Below, in pieces: positions 49,336 through 60,030 of a stretch of DNA of 64,000 nucleotides. Source of the DNA: Lama glama (Eukaryota). The first letter of the stretch is position 1. Each line of letters opens with the position of its first letter. The position numbers were made by a program, and so were the translations under genes. Where the stretch lies: contig CM052816.1 of assembly GCA_028534125.1 (NCBI GenBank), positions 84,384,001 to 84,448,000 of the forward strand, in the 5' to 3' direction. The notes beneath the pieces were generated by a model. It saw nothing but the letters and a program-made list of their open reading frames with translations. It did not search any database and was not told the origin of the DNA.

Positions 49336-52304
49336 AGTAACAAAAATACAGTATTTCAAATCAAGCATTTGAATCGTCATATTAAAATGTTATTTTTGGA
49401 GTTGAAGTTACATAGTCATTATTCCTTCAGATTCCAAGGCTTTTGGAAAGAAAGTTTTTAATAAGACTAACAGCTTGCAATCATCTTTTGTGAAGTTTCA
49501 GCAACAAGTTCAAAAATCTTGAAGTGTTTCTTGTAACAAAAAGGTTAGGAGGTTTAAAGAGCAAAGGCAGTGAGGATGAGGGTCTTGAGTGGAGACACAG
49601 ATTCTGTTAGAGAATGTAATAGCCTCAAAGTCCTTAATATATTCCCTATTGCTGTCACTAAGTAAATTTTTTTTTAAAAAGCTACAGTTTTATATTTAGA
49701 TTCTTAATCATTTTAGTAACCTACAATCACAAATCAGGAGTGATTCTTTATGATTTGTTCATCCAATTCTCTTGTTTTAATTTTGAGATAGAAACATCTT
49801 TTTGGTTTAAAATGTTTTCTGGTTTCCCTGAGGACTGGCAAAGCATGTGGTCTATGTTCCTTGACCAAATATCTTGTATACTTTTGTTCATCTCTAATTA
49901 TCTTTAATTTTATTAACTCCAAACTTCTTGTCTCACTATCCATGACTCATAAATGATAACACCAAATAAGTCTAGTGTGTCGTTATTCACCAGGTTGTCC
50001 TCACGACACAGATAGAGACATATTATTTTCACATTTTATCTGTGAAAAAAGTGAAAAAAAAAACATTTAGAATTGATGGATCACTGGAGAAAATATAAAA
50101 CATATACGGATTACAGCAAATCATTTTTACCTCCACTCTTCACTGATGTATAGCTATGATGGTATTAGTCTATATTTCTTACAAGACTTAGAGAAAATAT
50201 AGTTTTACCAGAGAACTGAGAAAAGAAAGTAGAAACCAAGCAAAGCATTCCTCTAAGAAAAACAAGTTTTAAAGTTAGTGCAGGAATTAAATAAATTTTA
50301 TTTTAAAATTTCAGTATTTCCTGACTATTGATCTGAGGTCCAAAATATATGTTCATTTTGTGACAGCCAAACCACTCCATTTTAAGAAGAATTTTTTAAG
50401 TGACATAAGATTGCTGAAATCAGGACGAGCAAGTGCATTTCTTGAGCAGTTTAAATTGAGCTTTCTAAAATCCTCTAAGCAGTTCAAATCTAAAAATAAC
50501 CTAAATTATTCAGATCTTTAATAATGTGCAAATACAATTCCATCCTTTCTAAGCTCTAGGTATGTAATAATTCCTATCATTTTTCATTAAAGGCTGCTGG
50601 ATTTTGAACATTTAGAATTCTAATCTCATTTTCACAAAGAGCTGAAATGGCATTAATATCGATCTCGAAGGAGATCACACATCTCATCTGCTTGGAGGAA
50701 GACAGGCACTCCAGGAGCCTCTGGCAGAAGGAGAGGAGGACGAAAAAAACACGACCCTTACGCCATGAGGAAGATTTGCCTGGTCAAGACACTTGGGCAG
50801 CTGCACCACATGGTGCCAAAACAAATAAAAAGTTTATAAAAACAATCTGCTACAATGAAAATGACAAGTTGTTTTTGCAGTTTGCTCTTAAGAAGGTTGA
50901 CATTTTCAAGGATATTCTGTACTGCAACCTATAGAAGACTAACCTACATAGTATCTTTCATAATATTTAACAATCTAGGTAGCAGTAAGAAAAAAATCTT
51001 TTATCTGAAATTGAGGGATTTGAGGGATGTAATATCAATTTAAATGGATAGCAAAACAAATAATGCTTTGTATCAGACATACATATACTTTAATAGACTC
51101 TCCAGACATAGTAATTATGTAACTTAGGTATGATTTTGATGGCGAGGATAAACTCAGGAAATACGGAACCATAGAACCAAAATAGAGGTCATTGTATCAA
51201 GCATGGCAAGAGTATACATTATTTCTTTTTATTTGGAGATTTAATCCCATAAATTTTTAGCCAGTAAGTGAGTAATGTATTTGTATTAGTGAAACATTCT
51301 TGATGGTTACTATCCTGAGATTAAGATCCACAGTTCTTATGTTAGAAACAACTTCCCTAAATCTTTGCTAACTTCCAAAACTATGATCTCACTTTTTTCA
51401 AGAAGCCTTCTTTTTCTAACTAAATGAAAGGTAATGTGAGGCCACAATAAACTCGGTATAACACAGAAAAATGCAGTCAGTTCAGCTTGCCTGCAATTCT
51501 AGTGCATTCCATTTTCAAACCATGGAAACCTAAGTACTCAGGGAATTTCCATTTCAGTTAACGTCTGTCAGCCTATATGACATGGCCTCATTCCACGGAC
51601 ACCTATTATCAACTCACTATTCTGTGCATATTAGTATTGGGTTTGTAACCTATAGGATGAATGAGTGGTTTCTCCTAACTTTTTCAAATGTTACTTCACA
51701 AATATGTTTTTTGAATTAGTCTGACTACATGAAGACACTGAGATTTTGTTTCAGACACTAATTAGGTATGAAACTTCTGCAAATACTTCCAGACTTTTAG
51801 ATGGGGAGTTCAAATAACTTTTCCTGTAAATAAGAATAAATTGGCATGTTTGTTAAAATGCAGATTTCTGGGCATCATAATAAAAGGTTAAGGAGTTGAC
51901 TCCAGAAATTAGCCCAGAAGGTTATGAGAGACCCAAGAAACTCTTTCTAGACATTAATTTCCCAACCTGTGACCAGACAGGGCTGGTAGGCTGTAATTCA
52001 GGATCTTTAATACAAATCACCTAGAGAAGTTTATCAAAGTGATTACAATTTAAAAATCTCCCTAAATGTCTGGGTTAAATATCCTTCTACTTCCTCCCCA
52101 CCACCTCACACAAACCAATGTAACTCCTTTCTCTCTCTCTGTGAGAACCACTGGCCCATTTGATTCATAAGCATCCTTTCACCTCTAAAATCCTCTTGGT
52201 GGTTACTTGTCACAGTTTGTTTTGCTTAGAACAAAAACAATGAGCGTGGACATCACAAAGACATTTCTACTGCAGATTAGTTACAATTCAGGGAGATTTA
52301 GTGG

Positions 52305-52530
52305 GCAAGATGATGGTTTGGGTTTAAACCACTCACTGACTCTGTGACCTTGGACAAATTACTTAACCTTTTTGAAACTCAGTTTCCTGTCTTTGGAAGT
52401 TGAATAATGGTACCTAGGATTCAGGTTTATTGCATTGATTTCACAAGATAAAATATAGGGAGTTGTACTACAGTGCCTGCTTATATACCATGTCCTCAAA
52501 AGTGGCAGTTATTTGAATGTTTCTTATTAT
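52305..52530 (+). mobile_element. MIR SINE
   Basis: ctgtgaccttggacaaattacttaacct..ctcagtttcc..acagtgcctg. Confidence 0.8.
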
Positions 52531-52576
52531 TGGTTTATTTTGAAAAATTATATTGTTACTCATCAAACTACATAAC

Positions 52577-53216
52577 AGAAACAGGAGGGAAAGGGGCAGG
52601 ACACAGCCATTCAAGGAATGACAGCAATTAGCATCAAAATGGTAGAAGATTCAACTCCCAGTAGGCCTTGAGGATTAAGATGGTTTGACTTCTAGCAGAC
52701 CTTGAGTTTCATTATATGCTTATGTAACATTAGCATGATAGATAACATGCCCACAGGCCCCATGACAGTCCCAAGACTAGCCACAAAAGGTCAGAGAGTG
52801 GGCAGTGGCCCAAATTCCTGGGAATCCCAGCCCCTTCCCCAGGGTAGCTGGAATAGCCCTCTCACTTGTAGGCATGGAGCTACTGAGCCCATAAAAACTG
52901 GCAACACCACACCTCCTGGCAGCCTCTCTCACTCCCTCCCCTTTGGAGACTGCGCGTACTCTGTCTATGGAGTTTGTACCTACTGTTACTTCAACCTGAG
53001 CACCCAACCCCTACATCTCGTGGTCTTTCTCTTGACTTACACTCTATGCAGTATGTATCTGTCTAAATAAATCTACCTTTACTCAACTGTGGCTCATTCT
53101 TGATTTCCTCCCTGCTTGAAGCCAAGGACCCACACTTGGAGAGGCACATCCCAGGGGCTCAACCAAGACCTGGGACACAGCCTTTCTCATGCCCCACATC
53201 CGTTTTCCCTGCATCA
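52577..53216 (+). mobile_element. MER41-like ERV1 solo LTR (640 bp) with 4 bp TSD TAAC
   Basis: TAAC at 52573-52576 and 53217-53220; ends in ..gcatca; MER41-type blocks ttcctgggaatcccagccccttcc, ccataaaaactggcaac, ctctgtctatggagt, aataaa. Confidence 0.85.
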
Positions 53217-54154
53217 TAACAAACCACAAACATATAACCACAATTATAATCAATTATCTGAAAATGATTATAGCATTAAATCCTTGAACTTTCTTCTATC
53301 TGAAAACTACTTTTATTTTCAGAGCTGAGATCACTAACTACTACTTTAAAATTTGTACATCCATGAAATCAATGGCAGCTGGATCTCATCTAGACTATCA
53401 GAAAGATTTCCTTTATCCCTTCTTTTCTCTTGTCTTCTAGATTAAGTATTTGATATTCTAATCAAAATTCTCTAATTTACTTATTAATTTAAAGCATGGG
53501 GGTCAAATACTTTCAGTACTGAAGTCCTGATTTGCCTGCTGTCCTGGGTACCAGGACTTTGCTCCCTGCTCTAGGTGTGACTGATCCCCACTGCCTGCTG
53601 CTATTCTTTTCTTGAGGGTGCACAATGGAACAATTTTTCCACCTGCCATATACATCTGTGCTGATATTTTCCATGTTTTGCAGCTCTTTTTGTGTCTAGT
53701 CACTTGAAGTCTCCCTTATGGACCTCTGTGAGTTTCAGTTTTGCGAGTTCCATGCAATAAAGCCTATCAACAATTTTCAGCCTTAGTGTATATCTCAATC
53801 AGAAGCTCAGCAGTCCCTCAGACTATGACAGCTTGAGGTTAAAGATTCATTTTCAGGTTCACAGGAACACATCAAATTTAAACCACTAGTTGGATAATCC
53901 CCAGGCTACACTGATCTAAAACTTCTTCATAATTCAACCTGTCTATACCTTTTTAGGGTTGTGGATTGAGGGGTTAGCTGTGAGGACAAGACAAGAAAAG
54001 AGGGTAAAGGAAAAAAAATCACTTCAGTAAATTCAAAAATCAAATTGAAATAGGTGGTAGGTCTAGTAACTGAGTAGAAGGCTTGGGTAAGCAACATGTT
54101 GACAGTGAAGATGACTTATATACAGTGCACCATTACAGTTCCTCAAAAATAGCC

Positions 54155-54549
54155 TGTTACTGACTGAAATCATGTGTCCCTCCCCCCCCCAACCCCCACA
54201 AAACTCATATGTCTATCTTGAAGCCCTAATCTCCATTGTTATGGTATTTGGTGGAGCCTTTGGGAGGTAATTAGGCCTAGATGAGGTCGTGAGTGTAGGA
54301 CCCCTATGATGGGATTAGTGTTTTTAAAAGAAGTGGAAAAGAGACCAGAGTTCTCTCTCTCTCCACCATACAGTAAGAAGGCACTAATCTGCAAATGAAA
54401 AAGAGGATTCTCACCAAACACTCCAAACACTGATTCTGCTAGCACTTTGACTTTGGACTTCCAGCCTCCAGAACCAAAAGAAATAAGTCTGCTGTTTAAG
54501 CCACCTAGTCCATGGTATTTTGTTAAGGCAGCCTTAGTGAGCTAAGAGA
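54155..54549 (+). mobile_element. MaLR LTR MLT1A0-like, full length
   Basis: gcctttgggaggtaattagg..agatgaggtc..atgatgggattagtg..tggacttccagcctccagaac..tttaagccacctagtccatggtattttgtta. Confidence 0.9.
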
Positions 54550-54729
54550 GTTTATCAAGCTTTCTCCTCTTTTGCATTTAAATATCATATGATTATTCAT
54601 ACCGCTGAGGCTCCTCAGTATTTCCTTGTCTAAAATGCTACTGCTGATCCCTTCACCTCTCCAAATTTTATCAAAAATTATTCTTAGTTTAAAATTCACA
54701 TATAAGAATATTCAAATCTCTTCAGGGAT

Positions 54730-55370
54730 TAGATGTATAATTGGAGAAGTCATCTCTCCCCTTGTCAACTGTAATATCCTCCTACCTAGTATTTCTGCAT
54801 CTGCCTTCACCACCCTCATTCTCCACAGAGTCAAAATTATCCTGTTAAAATATTGCAGATCACATCATTCTTTTGCTCAAAGCCCCGCAGTGTCCTCCTT
54901 AATATTCAAAATAAAGACCAACTTCTTTAAACGGCTCACTGCTCTCTTCAGCATCTCTGATCCCATTTTCTTTCACTTACTCTTCTCCATTCATCTCAGA
55001 CTACTGCTTTCTGTGAATATTCCAGGTATTCTTCTGCCTCAGGGCTTTTGTATGTGCTGCCCCTATTCCCTAAATATCCTCCATCCACATATATTTTGCT
55101 CCCACACCTCCCCTAGTTCTTCGTTCAGATATTCTTTCCAATGAGGCGTCCCCTAAATTCTCCATTTACATCACCCTCCCCCCACACTCCCTTTCCATTC
55201 ACTTGTTTTATTTTCTTCATATCAATATATGATAAATTTAACTTAGTTAATTGTATATTGACTTACCCCCTAAAATGTAAAACAACATGGTAAGGGATTT
55301 GTCTGTATTGTTAGCTGCTGTATTCCTAGAAACAACAACAGATAATTACAGAAGTAGTATTGAGAAGTTA
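54730..55370 (+). mobile_element. L2a-like LINE 3' region
   Basis: actgtaatatcctcct, attctccacag, cagatcacatcattc..gctcaaa, ctgcctcagggcttttg, gctgtattcctag. Confidence 0.75.
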
Positions 55371-55419
55371 CAATTTTAATTAGTGATATCTTGTAAATGA
55401 AAAACAGTATATTTATTTG

Positions 55420-55863
55420 TCCTCCCTATGTGATCAACCTATGTATCAATGAAGAAGGCTTCTGGCTAAAATTACCTTAAAGCATATCAACTTGACAAGA
55501 AAGCTAGTAGTATCATGGTCAAATATATGATGAAGGGGTTGAGAATACAAACTCTTTCCATCTTCCTATTCTGCTATCTTCAGTGTATGGCAAATGCTTA
55601 CTTTTATGGTTCCAAGATAGTGGCATATGACTTTTTTCTCATAGTCCATCTTCCTTCTAGAGTATAACTGTTTTTATTGTGAGAAATAGGTCAATGGCTT
55701 ACTTCTAGACGAAAACTGCACAAGGAGTAAGAGCATCATGACTGGACTATAAATTATGAATCATCCTGTGGAGCTGGATGCACTGACTCCAGAACAAAAG
55801 TGAGGCTCCATTTGAGGGGGGATAAGGGGATAGCTTTGGGTAGATGCCCTATGGTGTCTGACA
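55420..55863 (-). mobile_element. Old MaLR LTR (MLT1K/L-like), degraded
   Basis: ctctttccatcttcctattctgctatcttcagtgt..ccagaacaaaagtgaggctcc..gggtag..gtgtctgaca. Confidence 0.45.
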
Positions 55864-56171
55864 AAGCTTGTAACAATAAGAGCTCATTGATTGGCCAGTA
55901 TATAACCCAAGCTGTGGGTAAATATAGACACTCATATTTATTTTAAAGTTTTGAGCAGGACCTAATTATTGAGACTGTCATTCAATATTCCATCAGTAGC
56001 AAATCAGCAAAAGAAAACATTTAACAAATATACTGGTACAGTAAAATGACTAAAAATTGAAAGAGGATGTCTTGATAACCATGGAATCAACACTGCCATT
56101 AGTTTCATGACCTTTATTCCATACTATTTGCTAACAATATAGAATGGTGACACTAATATGAGTTTTTCATT

Positions 56172-56262
56172 TTGAGTTAGGCAGGCATGCATTAACCTTA
56201 ACCCTGCCACCTTGGAGCTGTGTGACCTTGGGGAAATCACTTAACTTCTCTGATGCCCTCTA
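56172..56262 (+). mobile_element. MIR fragment
   Basis: ctgccac..agctgtgtgaccttggggaaatcacttaacttctctga. Confidence 0.7.
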
Positions 56263-56609
56263 TACAGTGACAGTTCAAATCAAATGTAATGAAAAAAAGA
56301 AAATGACTCAATATATCTTTCTAAACGTGAAAAGCCAAAAACAAATAAATAAGCGGTAACAATTCCTGGAATAATTAAAGCTTCAATGCACAACTTAATT
56401 AGTAATCAAGTTTTAAAATCCCTATTCTTTTTAGGATTTTGCTCTGAGCACTGAATATATATTATAAGCAGTGGTGTGAACATTTTATTGTAATCAAACT
56501 ATTCTCATATATTAGAAAAATTGTAGGACCTAGGGGTCTTTATTAATAATGCAGTTGCATTTTAAAAAGTGGTGATTTTGATCATTTTACTCCCTGTGCA
56601 TATGTGTGT

Positions 56610-56860
56610 AGGAAGTAGCATGGCAGAGGGGAAACCAAACTGAGAATCAGAGAGTTCTGAGTTCCAGTCACTTTTCCCGGTTCTTAGCTATATATGTATG
56701 CTAATTCAACATCTCTCCATTTCAAGTTCATTGTTCTTTAAATGGGAAAAGGATTCTATTAATCCTTCCATCTATCTAGATCAACTATCTATCTAGCTAT
56801 ATTTCTATCACTATTTACATATAATAAAGTGCTCCAGCATACTGAAGGAGCTGAATAAAT
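56610..56860 (+). mobile_element. MIR/MIR3 fragment
   Basis: ggaagtagcatggcagagggga..gaatcagagagttctgagttccagtc..taaatggg. Confidence 0.5.
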
Positions 56861-58239
56861 TGTATCTTTCCTATTATTTTATATAGCTGTATTAACAAGA
56901 AAACCTATTGAGGCATATAGTAATAATGACAATAATAATCCTAAATATTTGGTGAGCAGAAATGATACTCTCTTAATTAGGCATGAGATACATCTTGAAA
57001 GGATGGTTCTCTGAGATTATTTTTATAATTAATTTATAACTTGATGAAAATACCTATTTTGATTCCATCCTACAAATTACGATAAGCAAAGACATTAAAC
57101 CCTTTCTCCCTCTGTTTCTTTAGATCATAATATCTGGCAGATAGTAAGTACTCAAACATATTTACAATTTTTATTTTTGGTTTTTTCCTAGCACTTCGGA
57201 GTTCTGCCCATTTCTTTCCTCAGTGGCAAGGCTTTTTAACTGAAACATTTTATTGAAGAAGGATGACTGGCTACTGAGAAGTCATATTGACTTGAATATT
57301 ATTTTTCTCACATCCTTGTTGCATTCTAAGCTTTGCTTTATGCTACTGAAACTCCAGTGTTGCTTATTTAAAGGTTCCATTTTTTTAAGAACATTGAGGA
57401 GAGTTTTGTGAAATTTGAAAACTTGACAATTTTACCTGAATAAAACCCAATGGCAAAGTAATTTTAAATAGCTATTGGAACAGACTCATTGATCTAATGA
57501 CTGATACTATAAGTCTGTTAAAATAATTCTGATATCCCCAATGAAATGTATGCAATTAACTGTCTGCTTAACTGTTTCATTTTAAATTCCATGTTAAATT
57601 TTAATTAATAGCTTACATTTTACATGACTTTATTATTAGATGATAAATTATTCAAGTTTTGATGTTATAGATAAGTTTAGACAGATGCTAAATCAAAGTA
57701 GTTAATGATTAAAATGGGTTCTGATGGGTTGTCTTTTTTTCTGGTTTTGAATTCATGGGGTTTAGGATTTTTGAACAGTTTTAATTACTATGACCATTTG
57801 CTTCAAAAGTATTTATATTAAGCAACTATTAATTGAAACCCACAATAACCCAAGAATTCTTCTGGGTAAAAACATAAGGTAACCTGAAAGAATATAGCAA
57901 AATGATATAAAGTTATTGGCATCAGAGAAAGTTAGGCTTCAAGATGAATATAAGCTCCCCAGATAAGGAGTAGGGAAAAGGAACTTTCATTTAGAGAAAA
58001 GATGGGAACAATTTTATGAATTACAAAATTAAATTTAACTAAATTAACATGGTTGAAATTAGTGAGACAAGGGAAAAGTGCAGTGAAGTAAGGTTGCAAA
58101 TATGGGCAGAGACAAAGATTGTGTTGGACGTCTTAAAGATTTCGGATGTTTATGTCAACTGCAATTAAAATTAAGGAGTAAATAATGGGAAATATAATTT
58201 TATTTGTGCTAAATTCTAATTTTTAATCAGAGCATTACC

Positions 58240-59560
58240 TGTTAATAAAATTTTTTTTAAATGGGTAGAAGAAAAAAAGGAACCTTGTGTAAGGTCAAAC
58301 ATAAATTTAAATAAAAGAATCCCATGTTGAAAGTAAGGGAAGAGATTCCACTTCCCTCCCTTTTGTTAAATTATTTACGCTAGAAAGATTGTAATTATAT
58401 TTTTTCTCTATCTCTTTAAAATGAATGTAAACTTTTTTTTAAAAAAGCTAAATAAACCTCTTACCAGATTTACTACCCAAGATTGTCTTTCTCAAGGACC
58501 TGGAATCTATTTCTTTTAAATGTTATCATCAAGAAGGAGTCCCTAGTTCACACTGGCAGGTAGGAGCCTAACTTCTGCATGATGCTTGCTCCAAGTTGCA
58601 GAACTACATCTTCTCACAAAGATATGGAAGTGAATTCTTCCAGTGGAGAAAGCCAATTAGCTAACACAGTTATTCACTCCAACTACCAAGAGAATATAGG
58701 ATGAACTATTTGTGACAAACTGTACTATCAAGTCCTCTCACTTGAAGAAATGTATGCATGTAATGGGTAGTACCTTCTTGGCTACATAAGAAGGCAGGAT
58801 TTCCTTCTGTCCTTGTAATCTCTTAGCGGATTGTCTGTGATGCATAGTGTATTCTAGTTTGTCTTATTCAATAATATTTTTTTTCTCTTCTACACTTACA
58901 GACAGATTTTTATGGATTGGGAAGAGATTTTTCTTTTAATTATCTTTTCCCAATACTTGCACCCTACTGAGTTATACCTGACAGGTAGTTAATTAATGTC
59001 ATTTCCTCTGGGAGATAAAAGTCCTCAAACACTCCTTTATTCTGCCTCATCCCTGCTAGTTGCTTTCAAGGTTTGATATACCGACAGTCACTCATGATAT
59101 CTTTTGGCTGAGCACTATATCCTCCCTCTGTGTTTGCTCGGGCCTCCTCCCTTTATCCATAATGTGCAGTGTGCAACTGTAATACACATTAACCAGAGCA
59201 CCTCAAAGATGGGAGTGTCTGCTCAACCATAAAGATCTTTTTTTTTTCTTTCTTCTGATAGTGTTCTTTCCCAACTATAAAAGGGGTCATCGTGACTTGC
59301 TGCTCTCTTCGTACATGCTTACCTGGACTATGCATCTGACTAGGTATACTTGGCAAAACTTTACATAAGATATCAGTATGTCAATTTGATGTACAATTCT
59401 TTGTCTCAAAAATGTCTGTGACTGTGCCTTCCACTTTTAACAGGTGGAACAGTCTTCTCAGCTTTCTGAGACTGTTTCTGGATCATAATCCTCAGTTTGG
59501 CGTGAATAAAATTTCCTGTTTTACTTCTTAACTTGATTGTTAATTGAATTTTTGTCGACA
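58240..59560 (+). mobile_element. ERV1 LTR (MER34/LTR39-like), host of a nested LTR
   Basis: Starts tgttaataaaa; ends atcctcagtttggcgtgaataaaatt..gaatttttgtcgaca; split by the insertion at 58288-58955. Confidence 0.65.
58288..58955 (+). mobile_element. MER89-like ERV1 solo LTR with 4 bp TSD CTTG
   Basis: CTTG at 58284-58287 and 58956-58959; tgtaagg start; tctcaaggacctgg, aggtaggagcctaacttc, gccaattagctaacacag, ttttaattatcttttcccaata end. Confidence 0.8.
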
Positions 59561-59565
59561 CAAGT

Positions 59566-60030
59566 GAGACCAAGAACTAACAAGTGTTGACGAGGATGTG
59601 GAGAAAAGAAAGCCCTTGTGCACTACTAGTTTGAATGTAAATTGGTGCAGCCACTATGGAATACAGGGTGGAGGATCCTTCAAAAATTAAAAGTAGATCT
59701 ACCATAAGATCCAACAATTCTACTGCTGGGTATTTCTCTGAAAGAAGCAAAAACATGCACTTGAAAAGCCATATGCACCCTCATGTTCACTGCAGTGTTA
59801 TTTAAGGTGGCCAAGACATAGAAGTAACACAAGTGTCCATCAGTGGATGAATGGATAAAGAAAATGGAATAGAAAAATAAAACAGAATATTATTCCGGCA
59901 TAAAAAATAAGGAAATCTTGCCATTTGCAACAACATGGATGAACCCTGAGGGCCTTATGATAAGTGAAATAAGTCAGACAGAGAAGGACAAATACTATAT
60001 GATCTCATCTATATGTGGACTCTCCAAAAA
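59566..60030 (+). mobile_element. L1 (L1MA-like) ORF2 C-terminal fragment lacking its 3' UTR
   Basis: aacaagtgttgacgaggatgtggagaaa, gtaaattggtgcagccactatggaa, gatgaatggataaagaaaatg, taagtgaaataagtcagacagagaa. Confidence 0.9.

Noticed and set aside
52702..53328. ORFs in the MER41-like element
   Set aside because: Within a solo LTR; no gag/pol/env motifs and no primer-binding site after the LTR.
54626..55144. 172-aa ORF, the longest gap-free ORF
   Set aside because: Lies in a degraded L2, starts at a non-ATG codon and has no recognisable domain.
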